Of a stretch of 64,000 nucleotides of DNA, positions 37,478-52,764 are shown in pieces. This DNA is from Mytilus trossulus (taxonomy: Eukaryota). Location: the NCBI RefSeq assembly GCF_036588685.1, contig NC_086376.1:77417630-77481629 (forward strand), read 5' to 3'. The position numbers were made by a program, and so were the translations under genes. Positions within the stretch are counted from its first letter, which is position 1, and each line of letters opens with the position of its first letter. The notes beneath the pieces are model-generated. The model saw only the letters and a list, made by a program, of their open reading frames with translations. It did no database searches and had not been told where the DNA came from.

Positions 37478-37848
37478 TAACGTTTTTTCTTTACTGAAAC
37501 TGTACCAAATATACCCACCTAAATGTTTTGTTATAGCCATTACCTAACTAAAAGCCTTACCATGCAGTATTTTGTTGTACCTGTGCAATACTAATCTATT
37601 TTATATCTATGAAGACATTGACTTTATTTGCAGTTTGATTTCATAACATTTTTTCTTTACTGAAACCTGTCTATTCATCAAAGATGAGCTATCAAAATAT
37701 ACCCTTCTAAATTTTTTGTTATTACCGTTTTCGTAAAATTACCTAACTAAAATGCTTTACCATGCAGTATTTTTTTTTTGTACCTGTGCTAATTTAATTT
37801 ATTTCTATGAAGACATATGGACCTTATTTGCAGTTTGATTTCATAACA
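37478..37848. repeat. Local tandem duplication (~170-200 bp, 2 copies)
   Basis: ttttttctttactgaaac...ttacctaactaaa...ttaccatgcagtatttt...tttatttgcagtttgatttcataaca occurs twice. Confidence 0.75.
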
Positions 37849-38679
37849 GGGGTTTAATTAGCCAGAATACGAATATATATTAATAGATGTGGTTAGTAAA
37901 TCAAATTAAGCGTATCTCGATCTACTTATTTATTGTATATTATTACAACAACTTATATACTAATGATTGGCGTATATCGTCGTTTTACCAATAATAAAAT
38001 AAGGAAAACTATATGTGTTACCCTGAATTAACGGTATATATCGTTGAAATAACCTTGAAACATTCCTCACATTCGTATATAACATTAAAAAATGTAAATG
38101 AAAAGGATAACTGGTTTTATTAGTTGTCTTCTATACCACATGGTACCATAGTTTGTATTGTATCGTACACAATGAATGAAAGTTTATTATTTTCTCTTAT
38201 GTATAGTGAGTGTATTATATCTATCTAACGTATAAGTGTTGTAACATATGCCGCTGACAAGCAAACCGTATTTACATTTACATGTAAAAAATAGCAACAT
38301 CTGACACTAAGTTTTCATACATTTATGTTGAAATATCATAAAGAATTAGTGTGTGGAGCTATGATTACCTCACATTTATATTGTGGTATGCCAAGTTTTT
38401 GAACGGAACAATAATCATGTATGTCTAATCAACAAAAATAAGTCGTCAGTAAAGTACTTTTGTATGTACGGATAACTAAGTTGTGTGTGATGTAATATAA
38501 ACGAATAGGAGTTATAGCGATGAAAAATCAATTTTAGCTTCTTGCGACTTTTGATAGATGTTGTTGACTGTCTTCTGTGAGGAATAATTGTGCAATAAGT
38601 TTCGAAAAAGGTACAGTAATACATATATTCTATTTAAACGATGCCGTTCTGTCATGACGGAAACTAATGTAAAACCAAG

Positions 38680-38868
38680 ATGTTGACGGAATGTTTTATT
38701 TTGGCAATAATTGGATTATCATACAGTGTAAGCATGAATGCAGAAAATCGTCTTCATCACGAACTTTTACATATTCGTTCTTACAGTAAACTGATTCGAC
38801 CTACTGGAAATGATTCTCTTAAACTGACAGTCAAAATAGGTTTACGTTTGTCTCAGCTGCTCGACATT
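38680..38868 (+). CDS. nAChR alpha exon 1
   Basis: [16 protein letters not shown]...[10 protein letters not shown]...YSKLIRP...LRLSQLLDI|GTAAGT. Confidence 0.9.
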
Positions 38869-41800
38869 GTAAGTATCTACTATTTATCGGTAAAACTTTG
38901 GGGTTAAAGCAGGACATTGACATTTTATTTTTTCAAATTTGACATTCATGATCATTTATCATATTTTTATCCTTACGAGTATATTATTTTTAGATCTTAT
39001 TGACATAATATCCCGCTATGTTAATGAGTATACTGTTACATGTATCCATGCTGCGGTTTCAAACAAATACAACAACATGCAAATGTGAAGACTTGATATG
39101 TTTTTTTCAATCTTAAATCTAATCACAATTTTTTCGTAATGAGTACTGGTATAGATTATTATTATTTTTAGACCATAATTGACAGCATCATCAATGTCCC
39201 GCTATGTAAATGAGTATATTAGTGTTATTCATACTGTGGTTTCAAACGAATACAAAACATACAAAATTAAAATCATGATATGTTTTATGAAATGTTCGTG
39301 AAACGTTTACCATCACCAAAGGAAACATTTACCTCTTTTGTTTTGGTTTGGACACATTAAATCGTTAAGTAGGTAGAAGCTTGACCGTCTCTCTGTAAGA
39401 TGGTTACACATATGACTGAATCGTATAAATTTTTGGTTGTTGCTAAGCATGCCTTTTCTACGCACTAGATCTATATTCGTTTCTTTTTATTCGATTTGGA
39501 TATGATCTTCATTTTCGATTCTTTACAAACAGACTTCATATATTTTAACGTGTATCGATGAGCTACATGTAGCTTCATACTTTGTTTGTGTCTTTGCATT
39601 TTGGAAGTTCATGTTTTAGATTTTTTTTTTTATCTGTGTCGGATATATACTAGAGGGCAATATCATGACATTCTCGCATGTCTATAGGTTTGATTGTCAT
39701 ACATAATGTAGAAGGCAACATCATGACATCATAACATTTCTATATATATAATTGAATTGATATCAGAAGGCAATATCATGACATCTTTGCATTTCTGTGG
39801 CAGTAGGCAATGTCATGGCTTCAATACATTTCTATGTGTTTGATGTATATCAGAAGGCAATACTATGACATCATTATATTTCTATGTGTTGGATTTATAC
39901 CAGAAGGCAATATCACGATATCATACATGTACATCGGTTGGATTTACATCAGAAGACAACATCATGAAATGTTATAATTTTTATGGATATGTATATCGGA
40001 CGAAATTATCATGACATCATCACATTTCTATTTATTTGAGATATTATATGATAATATCATAACATAATTACTAGCATACTTACATTCCAAGGGTTAAGTT
40101 CATAACAGAAGGCAATATTATGACATCATCACATTTCTACGGGTTGTATCAGAAATCCATCTCTAAGGCCTAGAAATAGACTTCTCGTTCTATGTAAACC
40201 AGCTGACAATATCATGACATCATTTTATTTTTAGTCTTTTAGTAGACTATCCCAAAATCAGGTCTTAGTGGCTTTCCAAAAACATGTCTTCATTGTTCTT
40301 TTATCAATTTATTTGACAGCATCAAAATTACTTTAAATCTAATTTATAGAAAAAAAAATGTCAAGAATTCAAAGGAAATTTTCATATTTAATACTTATAA
40401 TCTCAAAAACTTCCCAAGATAAGTACCTTTGTGTTAGTCCAATTCCAAACTTTGACAAGATTTCAATTATTTTTATATGGTCTATATGTTGTAATAACTT
40501 GAGATTTGGTTATGGGTGGTTCTGTGCTCACAAACATGTTGTACCCATATTATTTTTAAAGTTTCTATCAAAATGAACACGGTTTCTCAGTTTCAAGTTG
40601 ATGTGACCTAATTTCCGTAATTAACTACATTTTAACCAAAAACTTAAGCCCTATCAGTTGAAGGTAAATGCAAAAGTAGCAGACATAAATATACAAAAGG
40701 TATTCTAAAAAAATTTGCAAGTGATGGAGTAAATAGAAAACAGGAAAGCAAGAGTAGGTGTTTTTTTTTATTCTAAATCATCAAATCTTTGTACTATGCG
40801 ATCTGCTATGTGTTTCTCTAAAGCTATGTAACTGCTATTGTCTTTAAATTGTCAGATTAATGTTCTGTGAAATGGTGTCTTCAATAATCTTTTAACTTTC
40901 TTTACCATATAAAGTCTAAAAATCAAGACAAAAACTTGTAAACAAAGCGATTTTTTTTGTGTTAAAACATGTATCTTTAAAAGGCTGTTTGGTACCTTTC
41001 ATTGTAGCATTTCATTGCTCTAACCACTACATCACAGTAAAACATAAGGCTGAATAGTTTGCCAATAATGATATCGATGTTTCGTGAGCACCTGCTTTCT
41101 TCTGATATACTTTAAATCAAAAGATTATCTCCTATAGTGTTACAGTTATAACATAATTGATCTATAACAACTATGCACCCCTAGACAAGATGTACTAAAA
41201 CCGAAATGACATCGGATAAGAGGCTCCAGTAGCTTAACACATTTCATTAATTCATTTTGAATACATAAATCATAAATAAACCACCGGTAGATTAGCATGA
41301 ACCCCAAATGGAGCGATACCAGACTGCTTCTTTTACAAACCCGAGCGAATCTATTAAAATGATACATTAGGGAATCGGACCAAATCTGTATGTACATAGA
41401 GGGGGACAATAGGGGGTCCGTTAACATGTTAGCAACACCACGATTTTGGCAAAAACAGTTAACAACAAATTCAAAAATGTGGATAACAGTAAACACAGTG
41501 GGTTGAAAACAGTTAACAATTTTAAACAGTTAACAACAACTTGAAATAGGTCAAAACAGGTTAACATATAAAAGGTATAACCCCCTCTTTTCTCTACAGA
41601 GATCACATGACTTTATATGCTTTGTTGCATTGTTGCTGCAGTAAGTAAGTAATTACACGTGACGATGTGTCGTTAACTATGGAGATACAGCAACTATCCT
41701 TCTCCTTCCGATCCTCTGTATTTTTGAGGGTGCGTATGCATAACCATAATCGAATTAGGTGCTTATAAGGCATCTTATATGTTAAATCTGCATTCACCTT

Positions 41801-44800
41801 TGTACACTGATTTCAAGAAACCAATCATATCGTTAACAAAATTAAGAACTGTAATTTAACTCAAAAACAATCGTTAATTAATATATTTTGTAGCTAACAA
41901 GGGTAAATTTTAACGTGTTTCTCCAAATTTATCCTTTGGTACCCAGTTTTTTTATATACAAATACAGGGAAAACAGTAAGCCGGCTGTCTCAATCTTCAA
42001 AATCTAAAAGATGCAAATGTGATTTATAAATAAATTTGCAGATCGTTGACTCAGATAATATGTCAAAGAAAAATGGAAAATTAATCAGAAATATTCAATT
42101 CATATTGAAAATATTGACGTTAGATTAATAGGTCATATGTATGTATAATGAAGGACGGTTCCATAGATCTAACATTGTGCATGAATGATATACAAGAAGC
42201 TCATTAGACTACATCGATATGGTTACGAACAGCAGAATGAAAAAAAGATATCTTGCTTGATGGAATCTGTATATAACTTATCATCAGTGAAACATTTATC
42301 ATAGCCAGTCACTGAGTTTGATTTATAGTCGATAAGTTACAATAGAAAAGAAGCAAGTAGTTGGCAATCATATCGCATCACACATAATTTGTTAAATAAA
42401 GATCACTTTAGTGTACATTAGGGATTGAATATTTCACTCTTTTTCCACCCCATTTGTGTTGCCTTCTCTCCCTTTAATACACACCCAGGCAAACATAATT
42501 ATAATATACGCCCCTACTCAAGGTATCGTATGTCAATTTAAAACTAATTCTGACGAAAAAACACCATTGCAAACTCTTTAAGAGAATTGTATGGTGTCAT
42601 ATACCTGCACACTACTTTTACTTTGAAAATAGACACGGAACAGTTTAGACTTTGACACATTTAAAAGATGCATGTGTATTGTTGAAGACAGTTGGCAGCT
42701 CTCGGATGTTATTGATTGCCTTTGTCGTTGAGTTGCTGTCTAATTGACGCACATCCCTATATCATTCTAAACATGTATTAAACATCATAAGTTGACTGGA
42801 TTTTCGAAATATAAATATTCCATAACGGTCAACCAACTCGTGATAGCGTCCAAAAACTTACAAATGGATGAATTCAACCTCACAACTTGGACCTATTGGT
42901 TTAATAGTTTCTTTTTGAGCAGCTACTCTCGATCAAGGAAATCATGATAGGCAATACAAGCCCTTGACAGCTGTATCACCTGGGAGATATATAATACTCA
43001 AAATGCAACACATACATTTTGTGCGTTCGATTTGACGACATCAGAACGCAAAAATGGTATAAATGTCCGATATATAACAAAAAACGTATGGATCAGTCTA
43101 TGTAAAATATGTATAAGAACATACTGTGCAATCTTGAAGTCTTCCCTCTCCGTTTTGTCTTGACATAACAGGTTCAACAAGCGCACGAAACTAAAATGTA
43201 GACATTTAGTCGCAGTCAAAATAATTTTGTTCAACTTGATAGATTAATGACGCAAACATTTTGTAAACCCTTAATCGACCCGGTTATAGCATTTTGTAAA
43301 TTACTTTCACAAGAGGGCCAACGATCGATTGATTATTGTTTGCCTAACGCCCAGTATAATTTGTTTTGTGCTTTACAAGCCTATTCATGAGAACTTGACG
43401 TGGCTGCGTCTTTCCAAAGCCAAAAGTACGATTTAGCATTGAACGTTAAAATCATATTTGTACAAGAAAAACAATAGAAGACATGTAAGAGGGAGTGGCA
43501 CGCATTTAGGAATGTTAGATATAGGTGGTAAACAGTGATATGTTAGATAATAGTGGTAAAAGGTGGGGTCTGGGAAATAAGTAGGAGGTGAGAACAAATT
43601 ATAAAAAGGCCAGATTTAAGAAGTCAGCCCTCTCGTGTCACCTTCTTATAACGACCACGTATTCCCAATTTTACACATGCTCCGAAATATTGTTCCGTAT
43701 TTTAAGCTCTGCGAGTATGCTCAAAAAAGAGGGATGAAAGAGTCAAAGTCATAGATTAAAAATAAACTGACAACACCATGCCTAAAAATAAAAAAAAAAG
43801 TACATACAGACAAATAGTTAAGAAGAGACAACATAGAAAACTAAAGACTAAGCAACACGAACTCCACCAAAACAGGGGAGTACCCTTGTCCCGTCTTCTC
43901 AGTAAGTTGAAGATATCACACAATAAATACATTTACAATTCAATTCATCATAACATGCGTTTTGTACCTAGAACAAAGTCAAAGTATTTCATTATTTAAT
44001 AATGAATTCAGTTCATTTACATCCCAATATCCGCAACTTGACCTCACAATAAATGTAGTACTAACTTAGTTATATGCAGAGCTAGAAAAACTAGAAAGAC
44101 GTAAGGCTGCAATGCTTTCATTCGAAAATTATTATGACCGAAAATTTACGATGTGAAGATCTAACAATAGTCTAATTATATTCATTTTGCCAATAACCTT
44201 ATACAATTATGAAGCAGTACAAAAAAAATCTAAGGCACTTTCCCCTTTGATATATAAAATACAATAAATCTGTAGCGTAGAAGTTTTCTTTATTCTATTG
44301 TTCTATAATGCTGCTTTAAATGCCCTGAACAAATATATTCTCACTACATTGTATACATATCACCAATATAATTACACAATATGGAACACTTTAAAAACTA
44401 ATGAAGAAAAAAGCAAATATTATCATGGCAATTGAAAAACCAAAGGAATAAAAAAGCAAATATTATCGCAATTCATATCTTACGAAAAAAACAAAACAAA
44501 TATCATCGCAATTCAAATATAACGAAGAAAAAGCAAATATCATTGCGATTCAAATCTAACAAATTAATAAGAAGCAAATTTCATTGGAATTTAACACTTT
44601 TGAAACTGCGTTAGTATAATGCGCTTTACCTTAACCTTAAAGTGCAGTTTCACATATTTTGTCGCCTTGACATGAAACAATATCTTGAAGTTATTAGGTT
44701 CTGGTTACATGTTTATTTATATACTAAATTGCAGCTTGTCTTTAAAATGCTTCTGTTATAACATACTGTTTTGGATGTGATCATATATTTTAGTAAAACG

Positions 44801-47800
44801 GAGAAATACAAATAAATGTTTGTTAACCAAATTTATTCGGTATGGTAAAATAACTTTATGTAGTTTTCTATGCAGATGTGTCATATAAGTGTATATGGAA
44901 CATAAATGTCACGATTCTTTATTACAAAGGAAGCTAAAATCCAGACACGTCCGTCATTTAATAACAAACTTAGTTTATTATCGCTAAAGCTTCATATTGT
45001 ACTGCCTTGCTACAGAACATTAACCTGCTTTTAAGGAACAAAATGTAGACATCATCGACGACATTGATGTCACAAGCTGTCCCACATTCTGTGTGTGTCC
45101 TCCCTAATTTAGGAGCCTTTGATTAACTGCTTGTCGTTGGGTGCTGTATATCATATTTGTTTTTCATTCGTTGGTTATGTACATTTCTGTAATGTTTCAC
45201 TTTGGTCATATAGGGGCCTTATTTAGGTGATTAAGTGGTATGGGCTTTGTTCATTGTTGGCGTTGAAGGTTACCTAAAGTTGTTAAATTCTATATCATGG
45301 GGTCTCTGGTGGAGTTTTGCCTCATTGTCAATCATACCACATCTTTTTTATTTTCATATGTGTATCTCACAGTATTGATCGGGATGTGACCATACTACCA
45401 ACGATCGTGAATATTTGATTTTGTCTAGCTAGTCGAGTAAAGATCGTGTAAAGATCGTGAAGTGGTCGGAATTATCGATTAAGTATTCATTTTGTTGTTC
45501 GGATGGAGTCGTAACTGAGTCATTAAGGAGTCGTGAATGGTCGCGTACAGTCAGATGGCGGTCGGGTAGAAGTCGTAAACATGCCCGATCAAGAACTTGG
45601 CTGAGCTTGGTCGTGGAAATTTGGACAGTCGGGATCATCGAGTTGATATGATCGGCAGTGTGAACCTAGATTTAAAGGGTCCCTCAAAGCGTTTAATCTA
45701 AAGAGCTTTAAACCATCAAATACAAACAACATATTTACTAAAAATAGGTGCAGTCGTCAAGGACTATATAAGACAATTGGCGAAAAGAAGACGTCAATCG
45801 GTACAATGTTTTCCAATTTTTTTAGCAACTGTTGCCATGACTATCATACACCCAATGTAAAAACGTTGTTAAAGCTTATAACCTCCTGTCGATAATGTAT
45901 TTATCTGTAAAAACAAGTAGAGAGTTATATAAGTTATTCATATAACATAAGGGTTATTTCCAAGTAGGAGAAATTTGTAAATCAAAAGCATGTATTGCTT
46001 TCCTTGACATTTCCTTCGATGACAAATATGATGACTCAAACCCATTTATCTAATTAACAAAAGTATTACTGTCGAATGTAAGAAGTTCGGAAGTCAATTT
46101 TAACATTGTATAGAGTTATTGTGTTTGTTAGCGTTTATTTTGTCGCAAATTTTAGAACTGCAAATTAATAATTCAGTGACTTCTTTCCAGGCTTAAGTTG
46201 TTGTTTTTTTTTTTATACCAAAAACCATATCTTTTCCAAAAGCATTAAACTCCCCCAAATATCTCCTTCTCTTAGTTATTCATGTGAATACTTACGTTGA
46301 ATACAAGAAGTATACGTTCAATGATATCTGGTATTTATCGTTTTATTTCAATTGATAGTCACAGCTTATGAGTGCATTCTCCTTCACTGACATTTGATAA
46401 AATAAGTGGTATCATCTTTGCTGTAAATTGAAATTGTTTGAATCCCTTGTTAACCCAATTCTCATATTCAACTCTAAAATTGATATATAGATTTATAGGA
46501 AAATATGATAAAAGCTGATAGCTGAGCAAAGTAAGTTTAATCTTTTTTGCAATGATTTATATTAGCCAAGTAAAGAAAACTCATTTAAAAAATTGGTATA
46601 ACATGTAGAACAACTGGACTTAGTAAACAATCTGTCAAAACAGCTGAGAGAGCAGAACTAGCCCAGTATACCATAGATGTTTTTATTATAGTGCAATCAT
46701 TGAAATGCTCAGCAACAACAATTATAACTGTAGTAAAAATATCCCTTTATTTTACGATTCTTCCTATTATCTAAATGGATCAGCATAAACGATACATTTT
46801 CCATGCTTATCATAAGTAGAAAAATATTTAACACAAATAAAATAGACATAAAAAAAATACAAAGTATTAACTATCAACAAGAAAAGAATTAAATAATTGA
46901 TTGTATACAGATATGATGAATATATGGTCTTTATAAATTTAAATTACAAAGCCGCAAAATTCTCCTTTTCAGTAAAATTCATACAAAATATAAAATTTAC
47001 AAATATATTCTTAGAATATTTTTGAAAATTAAAATATAAAATAAAATAAGCAAAGCGCAAGTAATGCATTTCTTGGAAAAAGAGAGGTGCAAATGTAAAA
47101 GAGTTCACAAAGAAAACACATAAACCTTGTTAACATTTAGATATAAACACGGTCATGACGGTTAAAGCTAAACCCCATTGTTTCATTACCATATTTTATT
47201 CGTAAACAGATTGAAAAAGAAATTAATACTATTTACCTGGGATTGATAGATTCATCTAAAAGGATTTAGTGCAATTACTATTAATATCATTACGCAAGGA
47301 GGGGCGAAATTTTACCAAAGGTACAGTCAAACTCATAGATCGAAATAAAACTAACAACGTACGCCATGGCTAAAGAATAAGACAAACAGACACACAATAG
47401 TACACAAGACACAACAAGTTACACAGAAAACTAAAGACTAATCAACAAAAACACCACTAAAAACTGGGGGTGATCTCAATAGTAAACGCACTTTTGTTCC
47501 TTTCAATGAAAAGTCGTTTGCAATGAGGAGCTAGATCGAAGGTGGACACACTTTCTTTGCTATATGATAACATTTCAATATTCTATAATCTTTGCTTAGT
47601 GGTATTTGTAATTTTTAATATATGCCTTCAACTATTCGGGGAATACGTATTCACCTTAATATAATAAATATGTACTCAAATTTTCTATTGTAGGATGAGA
47701 AGAACCAGATAATGACGACAAGTGTATGGCTTAGACAGGTACATGTACTTACTTGTTTAATTCCCTTAACTTTATTCCACGATTAGATATCCAAACATCA

Positions 47801-50800
47801 ACCAAATATTCAACGACACTGCAGAATACATGTAACGGTTAAATCGGAGATACTATAAGTTCTCTTTACACTTGTGGCATCGATTCATAGCAATATTGAG
47901 ACCGAATTGCTGTTCGAAAGCGTAGTTTATTTTCAAAGTATATGAGCTTACCCGGGCTATTGCTTTTTGTCTAATGTTAAGTGTATAAAAAAGCAAACAA
48001 GTCTAAACAGAAAGAATGATGACGCTTAATCCCTTGTTTTGGCGTCGATAGTATCCTCCTATTTGTGCATTGAATAACAATTAATTGAAACAACTCTTTC
48101 TATTGTTAGGTAGGATTTTTTGTCCCCAGCCAATAAACCTCCATTTTCTAGTGGCAGTTCAAATTACCGAGCCTCGACATACAAGCCAACCAACTTTATT
48201 TTTCAAGAGGGTCTTTTTTTATTTGTATGTGTAAAACGTCTATACAGTTTAGAAACCCTCATATCTGTTGACAATTAGATCCCGTCTCCATTTTCCCTGC
48301 TATTTTAATCTCAAGTATAGAGACTTGCTATGAAAAGTAGGAATCAAGTTATAGGAACAGATACCAGGCGTAATATTTGATACGCTAGACGTCCTTTTTG
48401 TCTACTTAAGAAATATAAATGTTAATCGAATCAAAACCTTTCGCAAAATCTAAAAAGAAGTTAAACGACCCTTTGATATCTTTTTTTTTCTCTATTAAAG
48501 AGCGCCAAAAAACGAAAATAAAATTAAAATATATGCCAGAAAAACGGCTTATGCAACCTACGTCTATAGAGTTTTAAATAACAAAACGTTATTTTTACTA
48601 AGCGTTTGATTTGTAATGTAATTTTAATTCGCGAAAGAGTATGCGTTCGTTTTTAAATATATGGTATTATCAAGTACTAGTAAGTTAGACTTATGTATTG
48701 CTGTTCTACAATACCAATACCCATAATGCATGTGCTGTTTCTAACATTATTTCTTTATGAGTCTTCAAGTGATCCTTTTGTTCTTCCATTCAAAGGGATG
48801 AAGAATGTTTATCGCTCAATTAAAGCGGGAAACGTGTCAGTACTTGCGATCTATCTCTATTAATTTTGTTTATCTCCTTTGAAAATATGAGGTAGGCTTA
48901 AAGCATGACTTACATGTGATACTTGATTAAAAGTAACAAATCTGAACTTGTAACCTACACATACCAACTGTACAGTTAAAATACATTGTTCATATTATAA
49001 ATACAAATGAAGTGTCTTTAATAATTCATCTTGCGTCATATAGACAGTATATAGCTTTTAACAAGACATATCTGTGCGATAGTATCTTTTATTAACCACA
49101 TGCATTTATTTTAATTATGCTACACGTGTTTCTGCCATTATTTTCCTCAAGTAGGCTTAAGGCAACAACTGGAAAGGTAACTTGTAACAGTAGGGGGAAC
49201 CTTGACATAAGGAGATGAAACCTAGGTGGTAATGGAAAAAAATAACAATCAACAACAAAACACTTTGGCAAACGAAAGAATCATACCAAGAACTAATGAG
49301 CTCCGAAAAGGTAACCCTGCATGAGTATTGATCTAACGAAAGCCAGAAAATGTATTGGTTGATTGATTGTTGTACGCTTTGCATCCAGTGGCAAAAACAT
49401 GTATTTCACGGATATACAAGACACAAACCCATAAACAATGAATACAAAAAGTACAACATGTAATATGTATCGACTGGGATGAATGTTGAGAACTTCTGAT
49501 TAATAGTCTCGATTGAACAAGAGGAATATATTGGATAGGGACATTCATTTTGTCTTACAACAGTCCAACTACGGACCCATGAAAGAGTTGTTGCGAGGGC
49601 TTATAACGAAACAGATGTAGCGCATACTCATGTTGATGTTTATATATCTTTAATTTTCAGGAATGGACAGATCCTCGATTACAATGGGATCCTAAAGAAT
49701 ACCAAGGAATTAAAATGACGCATATGCCATCTGACCATCTCTGGCGTCCAGATATCGTTCTTTATAACAAGTATTTATTATAATGATAAAATAATGCAGA
49801 AGCTATGTTTAAATATTTGTTGATGTTTTATTCTAGGACACGAAAAATATGTATAGCATAGTTGCCACACAATCTGAGTCCTTAAATATAACACATATAT
49901 TCAGATGGCAACATAAAGCAGAACTTAAAGTCACAAAATTATTATCAAAGATACCAGGCTTATAATGTATTACGCCAGACGCGCGTTTCGTCTACATAAT
50001 ATTCATCAGATAAAAAAAAGTTAGAAATCCAAACAAATATAAAGTGGGAGAGCATTGCAATTGAGGACCCAAAATTCCAAAACGTTGTGCCAAATACGGC
50101 TAAGGTAATCTTTGCCTGGGATCAGAAAAGCCTTTTAATTTCGATACCTTACACTTTTGCATTTGATATCTTTAGCTTTTTTTTTTAAATTTAATCAGCT
50201 GTAAAGTTCATTGGTACTAAACTTTTTTGATTCTTTTACCTTAGTGATAAACAAGCTGCATTGTAGAGAAAGAAATACAATCATGACTGATTCAGAACTT
50301 AATAAATTTCGTGCACCCGAAGCTCTTTTCTAAACGTCAATGCTTTGAAAGCTAAGACTATATAAGAACCGCCATAGTTGGTGGGCTATACGATCAAGGG
50401 AGACCTAGTATTTTACAGTTACTTTTGTTTGCTTGCAGTAATGCTGTCTACATATTCCATTATACTATATCAACTAAAAAGTCTCTTGAAAAAATTGTAC
50501 TTATCTTATGCCACATCTTATTTATATATAGATTTTACCATTAATTATAGATTAGCAAAGGAGTAAGTTATTTTTACGTTAATATACATAATAGATATAA
50601 AAAAAAAAAGCATTACAAGGTATATAATAAATAGCAAGCTTGTTTTTTACTACGTTTCTGATCTTTTAACATACTTACTTACAGTGCTGATGGAGATTTT
50701 GTCATTACTTTGCTAACCAAAGCCAAAGTATATTTCGATGGAATGATAATCTGGGAACCTCCTGTCATCTATAAGAGTTCATGTCCTATCGACGTGGAAT

Positions 50801-52764
50801 ATTTCCCCTTTGATATGCAGGAATGTTTCATGAAATTCTCATCGTGGACATATGATGGACAGGAGCTTGACTTGCAACATGTGTGTGATGCTCAATCAAT
50901 TATACTACAAACTGCACCAAATGAACCGAAAGAAAAGTTGATTATCGGAGGAGTAGATATTCACGATTATCATCAAAATGTTGAATGGGATATTATTAAT
51001 GTAACTGCTAAGCGAAAGGAAAAATTGTATCCATGTTGTCCGAACGCACCGTATCCTTATCTTTTATTTAATATTACTCTTCGAAGACGTACTTTATTTT
51101 ACTCGCTCAATTTAATCATGCCATGTGTGTCTATATCATGTTTAACCGTCTTGGTATTTTATCTTCCATCAGACAGTGGAGAAAAGATCACTTTATCAAT
51201 ATCAATATTGCTGGCGTTGACTGTGTTTTTCTTGCTGCTTTCAGACATCAATCCTCCAACTTCATTTGTGATACCTCTAATAGGCAAATATTTACTTTTT
51301 ACTATGATAGTGGTGACTATGTCTATATTTTTAACTGTTTATACATTAGGAATCCATTTCCGTCGACCAGCAACACATACAATGAGTCCATGGGTCAGAC
51401 GTGTGTTCACGGAAATTTTACCGAGAGTTTTATTAATGCGCAGACCCGATATGGAACATATGCGTAAAAGAGTGCCTTTAAGAACTTGTAATGGGATAGA
51501 AATGCGTGATGTCAGGGATATACTTTCTGCTTCACAAGCTTCAGAAAGTACATATGAAAATATTCGTCCTAACAAGGAACTAAAACAGTATCCAAAAGAA
51601 ATCACAGAGGCTTTTGAAGGAGTTATTTCAATAGCTGATCACCTAAAGACGGAGGACCAGGAGAATTCTGTAAGTAAACTAATCGGAAACATCAATTATA
51701 GGGAAAATACAATTTACATTTTTGAAACCATCCGACTAACATACATGTACGTGCAGTAAAGATATATGATGTTTGAGCTACCTGATATTTTGTGAGAATT
51801 CCAACAGCCCAACTTCATTTTTAAAAGTTAAACCAAACCCGATATATAACTAGATGTTGACTTAGTATCGTCACAAGAAAATCGCGCAGATTTCAAACAA
51901 GAGACATTGTATAAACAATGCTATCAAAACCAAATTATTTAAATGAATAGAGAACCACGGTCAAAGTTCTATGCTTTAGAGAAGGCAATGTATCTCAATC
52001 CTCAGTATGTCTAGATCTCTGATAAAGACGAAAATAATTAATAATTTCAAATGACATGCTAGTATACACTTTATAAATCGCGTGTGTACCTACAATAGGA
52101 ACACTCATTCTTAAGCATTTGAAAGCCAGGGATGCTTAAATTCGCTTCTACAGCAGAAGCCGATTGACCAAGAACAAAACAAACAAAACTTTCACTGTAC
52201 GAGCTGTAAACTTAGGTTATCCGTTGTATCTTGGTTTATGAAAGGTGGGTTTTGAAAAAAGTATATATAAAAAAGCACTGAAAACTGTGCTGAAGATAAA
52301 TTAGGGGACTTAAAGCTCATCATCAGTATCGACATAGTGCTACTAAATCTAAGCAATTTATAGATTTCGTGCGGGCGCAGATCTTACTCGATTTTCTTTC
52401 ATCATGAAAACTGAAACTTAAACATTTAAAAGTCATGGTACGTCAATACAAAAAAAAAAAAAAGATTTTTTTACACACATTAACATTTGTGATTTTAAAA
52501 AAAAATTGGTTATGTTGGCTTTGATAAGAAATATTTTTTTCTAGTATAATTTTCTATAAATAATACCATTAATTGTGTTTTACTTTTTAGGAAGCACGTG
52601 ACTGGAAGTATATTGCCATGGTGATGGACCGTTTGTTTCTTTATATTTTTACAACTGCTTGTGTATGTGGAACACTCAGTATATTTTTATATGCACCTTC
52701 CCTTTATGATTCACGCCCACCTTTAAGCTCTAACATACGGGCAGAAGGGGCGTGTAAGTATTAA
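38680..52764 (+). CDS. Nicotinic acetylcholine receptor alpha subunit (cation-selective Cys-loop channel), 5 coding exons, ~500 aa
   Basis: Exons 38680-38868, 47694-47738, 49661-49770, 50685-51669 and 52591-52764, all GT-AG and in phase. Contains a signal peptide, [20 protein letters not shown], Cys-loop [20 protein letters not shown], loop C YPCC, GEK-TM2 and [14 protein letters not shown] (TM4). Confidence 0.95.
39650..40225. repeat. Degenerate ~60-bp minisatellite in nAChR intron 1
   Basis: Recurrent agaaggcaatatcatgacatc...catttctat, about 9 copies. Confidence 0.8.
44400..44590. repeat. Degenerate ~30-bp minisatellite
   Basis: Recurrent aaaagcaaatat(t/c)atcgcaattca. Confidence 0.65.
47694..47738 (+). 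CDS. nAChR alpha exon 2 (45 nt)
   Basis: ttgtAG|[15 protein letters not shown]|GT; conserved 45-nt nAChR exon. Confidence 0.93.
49661..49770 (+). CDS. nAChR alpha exon 3 (110 nt)
   Basis: ttttcAG|[36 protein letters not shown]-aa|GT; conserved 110-nt exon. Confidence 0.93.
49941..50150 (-). repeat. Partial retrozyme-like repeat copy with damaged hammerhead, in nAChR intron 3
   Basis: tacgccagacgcgcgtttcgtctacataatattcatcag and gaggacccaaaattccaaaacgttgtgccaaatacggctaagg match the 58283-58575 copy in reverse. Confidence 0.75.
50685..51669 (+). CDS. nAChR alpha exon 4 (Cys-loop, loop C, TM1-TM3, intracellular loop)
   Basis: Covers ORF 50710-51759 of the track; acceptor ttacAG at 50683-84, donor TCT|GTAAGT at 51670. 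Confidence 0.95.
52591..52764 (+). CDS. nAChR alpha exon 5 (TM4 and C-terminus)
   Basis: ttttAG|[45 protein letters not shown]...*. Confidence 0.9.
   Translation, partial: EARDWKYIAMVMDRLFLYIFTTACVCGTLSIFLYAPSLYDSRPPLSSNIRAEGACKY

Noticed and set aside
39650-40225. CRISPR-like repeat-spacer array
   Set aside because: Eukaryotic intron; the repeats are degenerate and the intervening sequences are related to each other; no cas genes. It is a minisatellite.
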